Below are positions 45,713 through 55,329 of a stretch of 60,182 nt of DNA, one piece after another (position 1 is the stretch's first letter; every line of letters begins with the position of its first letter). The notes beneath the pieces were generated by a model, which was not told where the DNA came from, ran no database searches, and worked only from the letters and a program-made list of their open reading frames with translations. Origin of the DNA: an uncultured Clostridia bacterium (GTDB taxonomy: Bacteria > Bacillota > Clostridia > Christensenellales > UBA1242); NCBI GenBank assembly GCA_944372355.1, contig CALVYS010000004.1, forward strand, positions 1 to 60,182, given 5' to 3'. The translations under genes and the position numbers were made by a program.

Positions 45713-46558
45713 TTAATTTAAACGTAGTTTCAAATGTAATCTTTTGTTTTCCAGCTTGCCGACCCCTAAAAATTCATTGCAAAACACCTTGTAAGTTCCA
45801 TCAGGAAGGTCTTTAAAAATCATAACGCCGTTTAAGAGTTTTTCAGCCTCTGTTTGTGAAAGATTGATTTGAGAACAATCAAAAAGCGTTTCCGGTTTGA
45901 TAAGTTTGAAGTTGCCAGCTTTGATTTCTTCCAATGATTGTGCGTCATTTAACATAAAACCACCACATCTTGTGCGAATTATGTCATAACACACGGCAGA
46001 TGTTGAAAGTGCTTCTCCAAGGTCTCTTGCAAGAGCCCTGATGTAAGTGCCAGAAGAGCAGCTGACTTCAAGTTCAAACAGGTTTTCAGCAAGTTGATTT
46101 TTAAGCGTTAAGCTGCTGATTGTGATGCGTTTTGGAGAGAGCGGAACTTCTTCACCTTTTAATGCAAGCTCATAGGCTTTTTTGCCGTTTATCTTTTTTG
46201 CGGAAAACTTTGGAGGCATTTGGTCAAAAGTGCCAACAAAGCGTTTTAAAACTTTTTCAAGTGCTTGTTTTGTTATGATTTTGTCGTCGGTTTTTGTGAC
46301 TGGAGCTTCCAGATCCAAAGTTTCAGAATGCTCTCCAAACTTGATGCGAGTGATGTAGGTTTTGTCCTTGTTCAAAAACATATCAAAAAGCTTGGTTGAG
46401 GAGTTGAGTGTGACTGGCAACAGGCCCTCTGCCGCCACATCAAGAGTGCCAAGATGTCCGGCCTTTTTTGCCCCTACTGCTTTTTTGACAATGTTCACCG
46501 CAGTGTTTGATGAAAGCATGCGCGGTTTGTTTAATAAAATGATTCCACTTTCAATCAT
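45713..46558 (-). CDS. truB: tRNA pseudouridine(55) synthase TruB
   Basis: GIILLNKPRMLSS and the catalytic HLGTLD motif. ATG 46558 overlaps the nrnA stop (ATGA), so the track's 22-aa extension is unlikely. Confidence 0.92.
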   Translation of the reverse strand: MIESGIILLNKPRMLSSNTAVNIVKKAVGAKKAGHLGTLDVAAEGLLPVTLNSSTKLFDMFLNKDKTYITRIKFGEHSETLDLEAPVTKTDDKIITKQALEKVLKRFVGTFDQMPPKFSAKKINGKKAYELALKGEEVPLSPKRITISSLTLKNQLAENLFELEVSCSSGTYIRALARDLGEALSTSAVCYDIIRTRCGGFMLNDAQSLEEIKAGNFKLIKPETLFDCSQINLSQTEAEKLLNGVMIFKDLPDGTYKVFCNEFLGVGKLENKRLHLKLRLN

Positions 46559-47499
46559 CGATTTTCCCTTATCGCTTTTATAACTTTTGCCTCGGCTTCT
46601 TTTAAGCTGCCATTTATCACGCATGCTGCTGCCATCAAATGTCCGCCGCCACCCAGGCTTTCGGCGATTTTTGAAACATTATATCCCCTTTTGCATCTGA
46701 AACTGCAACTGAAAGTTTTTGGAGCCTTTTCTTTTAAAAGGCAGGAAATGTTTACGCCAATTAAGTTGCAAAGCTCGCCTGAGATGCTTATCTCATCATA
46801 TGTAAGATGAAGCGATTTTAAATCCTTTTGGGTAACCGAGGAGATTGCAACATCTGAGTCAACGAACTTCACCTTTTTGAAAATCCTTGAACGAAGCTTT
46901 TCAAGCGCAAAGGAATTGGTTTTTAACATGACTTCATTGGCGTAGTGTAAATCAGCACCAAATTTGATAAGCTTTAAAGCGTTTTCAAAAGTTTTTGCAG
47001 TGACATTGCTTGTCATAAAGCCGGCAGTGTCGCTGATCACGCCCGCATAAAGAAAGGTTGCAGTTTTTTTGTTAGGTTTTTTGCCAAGTTGTTCGATAAA
47101 TTCAAGCACCACTTCACTTGCAGAGGCATAAGGTTTTGTGATTTCCACCGTGCTTTGTTTGTAGATCCCCTTGTGATGATCGAGCCTTAATGTATGCTTC
47201 TGCGATTTGTAGAGCTCTTCAAATTTTCCAAGCCTTGAAGGAAGAGTGCAATCTGTCATTATGGCAAGGTCATAATTTTTTTTCGGAGAATTTGTCAAAA
47301 GCTTAGGGTCAAAAAGCAAGGCGTGCGACTGTGATATGGTGGAATCTAAAAATAGATCAACTTTTTTGCCCTGTTTTTTTAAGAATTCCGCCAAACCAAA
47401 CATTGAGCCAATGGCGTCACCATCGTAGCCCGCATGAGAAAACACGGCAACAGTTTTTGCCGCGTTTACAAGTGAAATTGCCTTTTCAATCTTCTTCAT
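46555..47499 (-). CDS. nrnA: DHH-family phosphoesterase NrnA (oligoribonuclease / pAp phosphatase)
   Basis: HAGYDGDAIGS, a DHH motif (RLDHHKG) and DHHA1 GGGGH. Confidence 0.88.
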   Translation of the reverse strand: MKKIEKAISLVNAAKTVAVFSHAGYDGDAIGSMFGLAEFLKKQGKKVDLFLDSTISQSHALLFDPKLLTNSPKKNYDLAIMTDCTLPSRLGKFEELYKSQKHTLRLDHHKGIYKQSTVEITKPYASASEVVLEFIEQLGKKPNKKTATFLYAGVISDTAGFMTSNVTAKTFENALKLIKFGADLHYANEVMLKTNSFALEKLRSRIFKKVKFVDSDVAISSVTQKDLKSLHLTYDEISISGELCNLIGVNISCLLKEKAPKTFSCSFRCKRGYNVSKIAESLGGGGHLMAAACVINGSLKEAEAKVIKAIRENR

Positions 47500-47863
47500 T
47501 TTCTCCCTCTTCGGCTGGTGGAATGTTTAATTTGTTTAACAGTTCGTTCACGCGAATTGCATTTTGCATGTTCTTGTCAAAAACAAAGTCCAGCTTTGGA
47601 AGATGTGGCATGTCAAGAAGTTGTGAAAGTTTGTTTTTTATAAATCCCTCTGACTTTTTCAAAACCTGAATAATCGTGTCGGCTTTGTCGTAGCCTCCGT
47701 CTGTCAGAGCAATCTTGACTTTGCAAAAGCGAAAGTCAGGCGTGACCTTCACTTCGCTTACAGCCACAAAATCATCTATTCTTGGGTCGTTCATATGATT
47801 GTGCAAGATGTTTTGCAAAGCTTTTTGAATTTGTGAATTTGCTCGATCGATTCTGTTAGACAT
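47486..47863 (-). CDS. rbfA: Ribosome-binding factor A
   Basis: RANSQIQKALQNIL....DPRI..FV.VSEVKVTPD. Confidence 0.93.
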   Translation of the reverse strand: MSNRIDRANSQIQKALQNILHNHMNDPRIDDFVAVSEVKVTPDFRFCKVKIALTDGGYDKADTIIQVLKKSEGFIKNKLSQLLDMPHLPKLDFVFDKNMQNAIRVNELLNKLNIPPAEEGENEED

Positions 47864-47866
47864 TTC

Positions 47867-50344
47867 TTACCCCCTTTTTATAGGTTCGTTTACGTAAAAC
47901 TCGATGATGTCGCCCTCTTTGAAATCGATGTTGTCGCGAAGCTTAATGCCGCATTCATAACCTTTTACAACTTCGGCCTTTTCGTCTTTGACTATTTTAA
48001 GCGATTCGACGGTGGTTTTGCCGATCTCTTCTTTTCCTCGCAAAACCTTTGCGATTGCATTTCTTGTCACCTTGCCGTCTTTCACCATGCAGCCTGCGAC
48101 TTTGCCCGCCGTTGAAAGTTTGAACACCATTCTGATTTCGGCCATACCGATGTATTTTTCTTCGTATTTGATGGAAAGCATGCCATTTATTGCACGAGTT
48201 ACATCATCGACAACTTCATATATGACTTTGTATTCTTTTATTTCAATCTTTTGTCTTTCGGCCATCTGTTTTGCTTTTGCAACTGGTTTGACATTGAATG
48301 CAATGATGACGGCCTTTGCAGCGTCTGCGAGCACAAGATCGGATTCAGTTACAGCACCTGGTGCAGCATGAACAATGTTGACCTTGGCCTCTTCGTTTGA
48401 AATTGGTGACAAAGTTGCGATCAATGCTTCAAGCGAGCCTTTTGTGTCGGCCTTTATAATGAGGTTGAGGTTTTTAAGAGTGCCCTCATGAACTTTGTCC
48501 ATAAAGTCGTCAAGTGTCACGCCGCTGGTTTTGAGTGCGTTGGCTTTCTTAATTGCGTCGATACGCTCTTGAATAACCTGTTTTGACATAGACTCGCTCA
48601 CTTCCACGAAAGCGTCGCCAGATGAAGGAACATCATAGAATCCCAAAACCGAAACAGGTGTTGATGGAGGTGCGGATTTTACAGGTTTTCCATGTTCATC
48701 AAACATTGCTTTAACCTTGCCGTAAGTCAATCCTGAAAGGAACGGATCGCCTATGTTCAAAGTTCCATTTTGCACCAGCACTGTTGCAACAGGCCCGCGG
48801 TTTTTGTCAAGTTCTGCTTCCAAAATCACGCCAGTTGCCATTCGTTTTGGATTGGCTTTGAGTTCTTCCATTTCAGCAACCAGCAAAATCATAGATTTGA
48901 GCTCGTCCATGCCTTGTCCGGTTTTTGCTGAGACCGGAACGCAGATGGTTTTTCCTCCCCATTCCTCTGGCAAAAGGTCATACTCAGCGAGTTGTTGTTT
49001 GACACGATCGAGGTTTGCTTCTGGTTTGTCAATTTTGTTTATGGCCACGATCATAGGAACGCCAGCAGATTTGATATGGTTGATTGCTTCAACCGTTTGA
49101 GGCATGATGCCATCGTCGGCTGCGACAACCAATATCGCAATGTCGGTGGCCTGTGCACCACGTGCTCGCATTGCCGTGAATGCAGCGTGTCCTGGTGTGT
49201 CGATGAATGTAATTTTTTCATTGTTGAAAGTGATTTGATAAGCGCCGATCTTTTGAGTGATTCCGCCAGCTTCACCTGCCACAACGTTGGTTTTTCTGAA
49301 TGCATCAAGCAGCGAGGTTTTTCCATGATCGACATGACCCATAACTGTGACGACTGGTGGCCTTTTAACAAGCGATGCCTCATCGTCAATGGTTTGATTT
49401 TGTTGTTCAAACAATTTTTCTTCCATCGTTTTGTCAAGTTTGAGTTCAAGTGTCACTCCAAGTTCACTTGCAACAAGTTCTGCTGTTTCAAAATTGATAG
49501 ATGAGTTTATAGTGGCCATAATGCCAAGGATCATGAGTTTTTTAACAATCTCTGCAACTGGTCGACCAGTCTTTTCACTCAAATCTTTGATGGTTATTTC
49601 ATTTGAATTCACAACCGCGTGAGTGATCTTTGGAGCCACTTTGGTTTCTTGTTTCTTTTTAAGTTTGTTGGTGGCCTTGCGTGAGCCCATGGTTGACTCT
49701 TCAAAATCGTTGTTTTCGTCAATCATTAAAACGCCTTGACGACGCGATTCCATACCCTTCTTTGCAGGCCTTGTTTTTTCCTCAACGTTTTTCTTTTGAG
49801 GATTTTTGTTTTTGTTTCCAAACGAGCGTTCTGGTTGAACAATCATAGTGTCAGCCGGCTCGCTTCCTGCAAAAGAACGGAAATTGTTGACCTTGGTCGA
49901 AACGAACTTGGCCGACTTTCCAGTTTGTTGAGCATTTTTGTCGAAAGGCTTTTGTTTGTTTCCAGCAAAATTTGGTTTGCCGGCAAATTGGCCCTGTCTG
50001 TTTTGGAACGTGTTTGGTTTTTGCGATTGAGGTTTTTGGTCAAACTTTCTAAAATTGTTGTTTGAGGCTTTTCCATTAGAAAATGCTTCTTCTTTTGGTT
50101 TTGGAGCTTCTTGTGGTTTAACTTCGGTTGCCACTGGCTCTGCCTGCTTTTCTGCTTGTTTTTCAATCTGTTGCTTTTCGAGCGCTCTTTTTTCTTCGAT
50201 CGCCTTTTTTGCTGTTGTTGCAGTTTTGGCAAAAGCATCTAGATCAGATTTTAGGGCGCGTAAATCCCTGAGCAGTTCAAGCAAACTGCCCTCCTTTTGC
50301 ATGTTGTGAATAGTTTTTAAATTGTTTAATGCTTGATTTGCCAA
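47867..50344 (-). CDS. infB: Translation initiation factor IF-2 (TTG start)
   Basis: GTPase motifs [14 protein letters not shown] and NKID. 825 aa with a low-complexity N-terminal region. Confidence 0.97.
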   Translation of the reverse strand: MANQALNNLKTIHNMQKEGSLLELLRDLRALKSDLDAFAKTATTAKKAIEEKRALEKQQIEKQAEKQAEPVATEVKPQEAPKPKEEAFSNGKASNNNFRKFDQKPQSQKPNTFQNRQGQFAGKPNFAGNKQKPFDKNAQQTGKSAKFVSTKVNNFRSFAGSEPADTMIVQPERSFGNKNKNPQKKNVEEKTRPAKKGMESRRQGVLMIDENNDFEESTMGSRKATNKLKKKQETKVAPKITHAVVNSNEITIKDLSEKTGRPVAEIVKKLMILGIMATINSSINFETAELVASELGVTLELKLDKTMEEKLFEQQNQTIDDEASLVKRPPVVTVMGHVDHGKTSLLDAFRKTNVVAGEAGGITQKIGAYQITFNNEKITFIDTPGHAAFTAMRARGAQATDIAILVVAADDGIMPQTVEAINHIKSAGVPMIVAINKIDKPEANLDRVKQQLAEYDLLPEEWGGKTICVPVSAKTGQGMDELKSMILLVAEMEELKANPKRMATGVILEAELDKNRGPVATVLVQNGTLNIGDPFLSGLTYGKVKAMFDEHGKPVKSAPPSTPVSVLGFYDVPSSGDAFVEVSESMSKQVIQERIDAIKKANALKTSGVTLDDFMDKVHEGTLKNLNLIIKADTKGSLEALIATLSPISNEEAKVNIVHAAPGAVTESDLVLADAAKAVIIAFNVKPVAKAKQMAERQKIEIKEYKVIYEVVDDVTRAINGMLSIKYEEKYIGMAEIRMVFKLSTAGKVAGCMVKDGKVTRNAIAKVLRGKEEIGKTTVESLKIVKDEKAEVVKGYECGIKLRDNIDFKEGDIIEFYVNEPIKRG

Positions 50345-50354
50345 AATCTCTCTC

Positions 50355-50639
50355 CTAATTTAAATATTTTTTTATCTCTTCACTGAGTCCGTGATTTTTT
50401 ACTCCCACGATTTTGCAGGTCGGTTTTGTCAAAAGTTCGCCCAAGTTTTCCAGTTTTGCGCCGTCGATTCCACGACCCAACAATTTTTCATAAACTTTTT
50501 GGCTGCTTTTTGCGGCAGAAGCATCAATCAAAACCAGATAAAGTTTTTTGTTGTAACCGTCGAGTTTGTCGCTTCCCACGATCAAATAGCCCGCTTTTGC
50601 CGCAATATCAAGATATGCTTTTATTTTTTCTCTTTGCAT
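50355..50639 (-). CDS. L7Ae/L30e-family RNA-binding protein (YlxQ-like)
   Basis: 94 aa, positioned between ylxR and infB, with pattern AGYLIVGSDK. Confidence 0.8.
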   Translation of the reverse strand: MQREKIKAYLDIAAKAGYLIVGSDKLDGYNKKLYLVLIDASAAKSSQKVYEKLLGRGIDGAKLENLGELLTKPTCKIVGVKNHGLSEEIKKYLN

Positions 50640-50896
50640 TCATTCTCCAACTTTTGATAAATTTCGTCAGGAACTTGGCATTTGAAAGCTTTGTTTAAAA
50701 CCTTTTGCTTTTTGAGTTTTGTCAGGCACTCTGGTACGTGGCAAACATATGCTCCTCTGCCCGACATCTTGCCAGTTGGATCAACGAAAAACTGGCCTTC
50801 TTTGTTTTTGACAACTCTGGTGAGCGTGCGCTTGTCTTTCATCTGTCTGCAAGCGACGCACATTCTCAGCGTTTCATTCTTCATTTTCATCTCCAC
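50621..50896 (-). CDS. YlxR family (DUF448) RNA-binding protein
   Basis: RMCVACRQ..K..L.R and GRGAYVC motifs. Confidence 0.88.
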   Translation of the reverse strand: MEMKMKNETLRMCVACRQMKDKRTLTRVVKNKEGQFFVDPTGKMSGRGAYVCHVPECLTKLKKQKVLNKAFKCQVPDEIYQKLENECKEKK

Positions 50897-52034
50897 TTAT
50901 CTCTTCAAGATCGTCAAGGGCTTGGAATGAATCATCATCGTCAAGTTCCACAAGCTCATATTCGACTTCTTTCGCTTCATTGTTGTCTGTCGATGCAAGA
51001 GCGCTTTCAGGTTTAACCTCAATTTTCCAGCCCGTAAGGCGCGCTGCAAGGCGCACATTTTGTCCGTTTTTGCCGATTGCAAGAGAAAGCTTGTCATCAG
51101 GAACTATAACCCTGGAAGCCATCAAGCTTTCGTTGGTTTCCACACTCAAAACTTTTGCTGGATTGAGAGCGCGTGCGATGTATTCAAGTGGATCATCGCT
51201 GTAAAGGATAAGGTCGATTTTTTCACCATTGAGTTCTGAAACGATGGTGTTGATTCTGATTCCGTGATTGCCAACACAAGCTCCGATTGGATCGATGTTT
51301 GGCTTTTCGGTGTAAACTGCAACCTTTGATCTGTTTCCTGGGTCACGAGCAATGTTTTTGATTTTTACATCACCGTTTGCAATTTCTGGAATTTCAAGTT
51401 CGAAGATTTTTCGAACAAAGCCGATGTTGCTTCGTGTGACCTGAATTTGTGGGCCGCGGAAAGAATCCTTGATCTTTTTCACATAGACTTTAAGCCTTTG
51501 TCCCACTTCATATTTTTCATTTGGAATTTGATCTGATGGAAGCATGATTCCTTCAACATGCGAGCCAGAGATTTGCACATAAACGGTTCCGTTGTCGATG
51601 CGCTTTACAACCGTTGTCAAAAGCTCGTCTTCTTTTTCAGAGATCTCTGAAACTGCGATGCCGCGTTCAAGTTCTTTAAGCCTTTGCATAACCACTTGTT
51701 TTGCGGTTTGCGCTGCAATTCTGCCAAAATCCTTTGTGGATTCTTCCTGAATCACCATGTCGCCTATTTTGTAGCTTTTTTTGATCAAGCGTGCTTCGTC
51801 CAAAGAAATCTCTTTGTCTGGATCTTCCACTTGATCCACCACTGTTTTGTATGAATAAATTCTGATGGTGTTTTTCTCTGGATTTATGCGCACTGTTGCG
51901 CTTTTTGCTTCACCATACATCTTTTTGTAAGCAGATGTAAGAGCGATTTCAAGTGCTTCGATAAACTTTTCTTTGTCGATTTTCTTTTCTGCTTCCAAGT
52001 CTTCTAGTGCTTGAAAAAAGTCTTTGTTGATCAT
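50874..52034 (-). CDS. nusA: Transcription termination/antitermination factor NusA
   Basis: N-terminal domain, S1, KH1 and KH2 (GACVGNHGIRI, IGKNGQNVRLA), plus an acidic tail. Confidence 0.97.
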   Translation of the reverse strand: MINKDFFQALEDLEAEKKIDKEKFIEALEIALTSAYKKMYGEAKSATVRINPEKNTIRIYSYKTVVDQVEDPDKEISLDEARLIKKSYKIGDMVIQEESTKDFGRIAAQTAKQVVMQRLKELERGIAVSEISEKEDELLTTVVKRIDNGTVYVQISGSHVEGIMLPSDQIPNEKYEVGQRLKVYVKKIKDSFRGPQIQVTRSNIGFVRKIFELEIPEIANGDVKIKNIARDPGNRSKVAVYTEKPNIDPIGACVGNHGIRINTIVSELNGEKIDLILYSDDPLEYIARALNPAKVLSVETNESLMASRVIVPDDKLSLAIGKNGQNVRLAARLTGWKIEVKPESALASTDNNEAKEVEYELVELDDDDSFQALDDLEEISGDENEE

Positions 52035-52044
52035 GATCTTCTCC

Positions 52045-52503
52045 TTAAAATTTTATTATCGGCTGAATGTGAGCGATTTGATCGCGTTTCAGCGTGATGC
52101 TTTTGCCTTGACTTTCGATTGTTACTTCTTCTTCGTTGAAGGATTTTAAAATGCCGTCAAATTTTTTGACCCCATCAATCTTTTTGAACAGTGTGATTTC
52201 AATTTCTTTTTCCATGTTGCGTTTGAAATCGCGGTCTGTTTTGATTGGCCTGTCGATTCCTGGCGAGCTGACACTCAAAATGTATGGCTGATCGTTTGTT
52301 GGATTGAGCTCGTCCAAAATTGGATCGATGGCTTTTGTCACCTTTTCACAATCGTCGATGGTGATGCCATTGTCAGAATCGATTGTGAAGACAAGGTTCA
52401 TGCCATCGGCATATTTTTGATAAGTGACTTCCAAAAGTTCGTAGCCCATATTTTGAATTATCGGTGCGATTTCTTTTTCACAAATCTCTTTGACCTTTGC
52501 CAA
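52045..52503 (-). CDS. rimP: Ribosome maturation factor RimP (TTG start)
   Basis: SVSSPGIDRPIK motif. GGAGG lies 8 nt upstream of the TTG. Confidence 0.92.
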   Translation of the reverse strand: MAKVKEICEKEIAPIIQNMGYELLEVTYQKYADGMNLVFTIDSDNGITIDDCEKVTKAIDPILDELNPTNDQPYILSVSSPGIDRPIKTDRDFKRNMEKEIEITLFKKIDGVKKFDGILKSFNEEEVTIESQGKSITLKRDQIAHIQPIIKF

Positions 52504-52526
52504 CTTTTTTTCCTCCTTCTACAAAT

Positions 52527-52550
52527 GAAGTGGGCATCACTGCCCACTTC
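52527..52550 (-). promoter_or_regulatory. Perfect 10-bp leader hairpin just 5' of the rimP RBS
   Basis: The minus strand reads GAAGTGGGCA-gtga-TGCCCACTTC followed by ATTTGTAGAAGGAGG. Confidence 0.5.
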
Positions 52551-52569
52551 CGAAATTTCTAGTCTCTTT

Positions 52570-52598
52570 ATTATATCATGTTGTTGACCAAATTGCAA
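52570..52598 (-). promoter_or_regulatory. SigA promoter of the rimP-nusA-infB operon: TTGCAA-17-TATAAT
   Basis: Read directly on the minus strand. Confidence 0.7.
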
Positions 52599-52643
52599 CA
52601 GAAATTACTTCTTTTTTTTAAAATCCCTTTATTTTAAAGGATT

Positions 52644-54176
52644 TTAGGCCTCTTCGCTGAGCCTTAGCAGCACTTTTGCTGTGGCGAAAGCGTCGTTGTA
52701 GGCTCTGTGAGCGCCAGAAAGGTCTATTCCAAGCGCCGCAGCCACTGTTGCAAGTTTGACATTGCTGATTTTTAAGTGTTTGCTTCGAGCGATAAGATAG
52801 ACGTCAAGATTTTCGTTTTGAAGCTGCAAGCCCACCTTTTGATAGGCTTTGCGAAGAAACTTGTTGTCAAAATCGGTGTTGTTGTAACCTGAAATAATGC
52901 AATCCTTGGAAAAGTTGTAAAAATCCAAAATCACATCTTCGATTTTTGGCGCATCAGCCACCATCTCGTTTGTGATATGGTTGATTTTTGTCGCCTCCGC
53001 AGGAATTGGCGAGTTTGGTTTGACAAAGGTTGAAAACTTTTTGGTGATCTTTCCTTTTTCAATCTTTATCGCGCCGATCTCAATGATCTCACAGGTTTCT
53101 GGATTCAACCCCGTGGTTTCCAAGTCATAGACGACGATGTCTCTCGAAGCGACAGGCTCCTTGTAAACGGGTTCAGCCGTAAACAAATTTTCTTGGCGGT
53201 TTTCATAATAGTCCTCAATCGCCACAACGTTTTTTCTGGCAGCCAAAATGCTTTCTTCGTCCTCAACAGGAGGAGTTTTGATTTGAGCAAGCGTCATGGC
53301 AGAAATATAGTAAGTGAGTTTGCCGGAAAGACCTGTTTTAATGTCGCCAAGGCATAGATAGCTGAGCCCATCTTGCAGCGCTGCAAGTTTTGGCTCGTTG
53401 GTTTTGGTTGAGAAGTAAATGCATTCGATTTTTTTGCCATCGTCAAGCACAAACGAAGCATATTTTTTTTCTTCCCCTGCCCGCTTGCCTTTTTTGGCTG
53501 TGAAAGTTTTGATGTTGACTTGTGAGATTTGACCAAACAAGATTACGGAGCTTTTAGGTTGAGATATGTTTTTTATGAGCTCTGGATTTGGAGCGATGTC
53601 TTTGCCAAAAAGTTTTTTAATTGGAGTGACTTCATACCTCAAAAGTTTTTTTGCTTCAACCTTATATTTTATCGGTGCAATATTTTCAGCCAAAGCAAAA
53701 TTTTCGTCTTCCAAAGCCACCACTTCAAAATCACCCAAGAAGTTGTTTTCCAAAAACTCCAAGATGTTGATTTTGACAAAGCGGCTTTCAAAATATGCCT
53801 TGATTTCTTTGCTCATGTGAAAAGTTATGGTTGTCAGTTTTTCACCTTTGTCTATTTCAATTTGGCCTTCTGAAATTTCAGAAGCGATTGATTTGAAATT
53901 TTCATTTAAAAATTTCAACAAGTCGCGTTTCAGCAATCTGACATCTAAAAAGCTCTTTTTGAATTTGACCCTTATCTTGCTATTGAGAGAAACCAGTGAT
54001 TTGACAAAATCCTCGATCTCTTTTCGCTGCTCTTTTGTGATTTCACTGATGGATTCAGGGTATAAAAAAGTAAAGACGCACTCCTCTTGATTGACATCAA
54101 GCGCAACGCCATAAAGCCTTAAAAAGTTGTATTTTCCGCCCTCATAATGCAAGAGGGCCTGAGAAAGTTCGTCCAT
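52644..54176 (-). CDS. PolC-like N-terminal domain + OB fold + DEDDh 3'-5' exonuclease, lacking PHP and polymerase domains
   Basis: C-terminal Exo I VVYDLETTGL, Exo II GYNNTDFDNKFL and Exo III HRAYNDAFATA. An OB-like segment (VILFGQISQVNIKTFTAKKGKR..ASFVLDDGKKIECIYFS) lies upstream. The gene sits at the rseP/rimP position where Bacillota usually have polC. Confidence 0.75.
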   Translation of the reverse strand: MDELSQALLHYEGGKYNFLRLYGVALDVNQEECVFTFLYPESISEITKEQRKEIEDFVKSLVSLNSKIRVKFKKSFLDVRLLKRDLLKFLNENFKSIASEISEGQIEIDKGEKLTTITFHMSKEIKAYFESRFVKINILEFLENNFLGDFEVVALEDENFALAENIAPIKYKVEAKKLLRYEVTPIKKLFGKDIAPNPELIKNISQPKSSVILFGQISQVNIKTFTAKKGKRAGEEKKYASFVLDDGKKIECIYFSTKTNEPKLAALQDGLSYLCLGDIKTGLSGKLTYYISAMTLAQIKTPPVEDEESILAARKNVVAIEDYYENRQENLFTAEPVYKEPVASRDIVVYDLETTGLNPETCEIIEIGAIKIEKGKITKKFSTFVKPNSPIPAEATKINHITNEMVADAPKIEDVILDFYNFSKDCIISGYNNTDFDNKFLRKAYQKVGLQLQNENLDVYLIARSKHLKISNVKLATVAAALGIDLSGAHRAYNDAFATAKVLLRLSEEA

Positions 54177-54182
54177 GTTTTA

Positions 54183-54211
54183 ATTTTACAAGAGAAAGTG
54201 CAAAATGTCAA
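54183..54211 (-). promoter_or_regulatory. Promoter TTGACA-17-TAAAAT inside the 3' end of rseP, 6 nt from ATG 54176 (leaderless candidate)
   Basis: The minus strand reads TTGACA ttttgcactttctcttg TAAAAT taaaac ATG, with no SD. Confidence 0.6.
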
Positions 54212-55322
54212 CAATAATGACAAAACCAAACAAGATGCACAGACCCACGAAATGTATCATGTTTTCCAAGCTGCGTTTGATCGGTTTGCCCCGGATCCAT
54301 TCGATGAGCGTGAAAACCACATGCGACCCATCCAAGGCAGGAATTGGCAACAGGTTGAAAATGGCTAGGTTTGCCGAAATGGCCGGAATCAAAATCAAAA
54401 GATTCAGCCAGTTTGTTTGAGTTGCCGAAGCAATCATGGTTATTGTCGAAATTGGCCCTCCGACAGCGCTTATTGGCAACTGGAAGGTTATCAAAAGCCA
54501 CAGGGATTTCAAAACCACCCAGGCAAAACCAAAAGCCAGCTCCCAGCATCTGCCGAGCGCTTCGCCAAAGGAATAAACATATGGAGCATATGTGAAGCAA
54601 AGATAATAGTTTTCAGAGGCCAGCGTCACGCCGTCATCTTGATAAGTTCGGACAACCTGGAATTTTAGCTGCACATCTTGCGTCTGCCCGTCTCTTTTTA
54701 CAGTGACATTGAAAGAATAGCCGTCAATCACACCATCTGGTGCGTTTTCGATTCCGCCATATGTTTCCTCAACAAACTCGGCCACTTCGGTTTGTTTTTG
54801 CGCGATCAGATTTTGAAAGGTTTCTCCAAATGCAAAGTCGACTTTTGTTCCGTCGATATATGTGATGATATCGCCTTCTTGCAGCTCGGATTGATAATAA
54901 CTCTGCCCACCCACTTCGACAAAATTCGAACGAATTTGCGGAACATCATATCCCGCTGTGCAAAGAAGGATCAAAGAAAACAGCACTGCCGTCAAAAAAT
55001 TCATAGTGATGCCTGCCAAGAAAACTATGATGCGTTTCCAAGGTTTTTGAGCGTTGAAGGAATCCTTTTCAGGTTGCTGAGCATCATCTTCCTCACCTTT
55101 AAAAGCGCAATATCCGCCAAGAGGAAAAATGCGAAGCGAAATAAGCTCGCCTCGCTTATTTTTTCGTTGGAACAGTGGCTTGCCAAAGCCGACTGAAAAT
55201 TCTGTTATTTTGAATTTTAAAAGCCTGCCGGCTATATAATGGCCAAGCTCATGCACCAGCACCATAAATAGCAAAATTACAATCGCAATTACAATGTAAA
55301 GCACATATGTTAAAACCTGCAT
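54186..55322 (-). CDS. rseP: RIP metalloprotease RseP/RasP (site-2 protease)
   Basis: HELGHY zinc motif, a PDZ-like insert, and C-terminal NLLPIPALDG. Confidence 0.95.
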   Translation of the reverse strand: MQVLTYVLYIVIAIVILLFMVLVHELGHYIAGRLLKFKITEFSVGFGKPLFQRKNKRGELISLRIFPLGGYCAFKGEEDDAQQPEKDSFNAQKPWKRIIVFLAGITMNFLTAVLFSLILLCTAGYDVPQIRSNFVEVGGQSYYQSELQEGDIITYIDGTKVDFAFGETFQNLIAQKQTEVAEFVEETYGGIENAPDGVIDGYSFNVTVKRDGQTQDVQLKFQVVRTYQDDGVTLASENYYLCFTYAPYVYSFGEALGRCWELAFGFAWVVLKSLWLLITFQLPISAVGGPISTITMIASATQTNWLNLLILIPAISANLAIFNLLPIPALDGSHVVFTLIEWIRGKPIKRSLENMIHFVGLCILFGFVIIVDILHFLL

Positions 55323-55329
55323 TTCTCTC

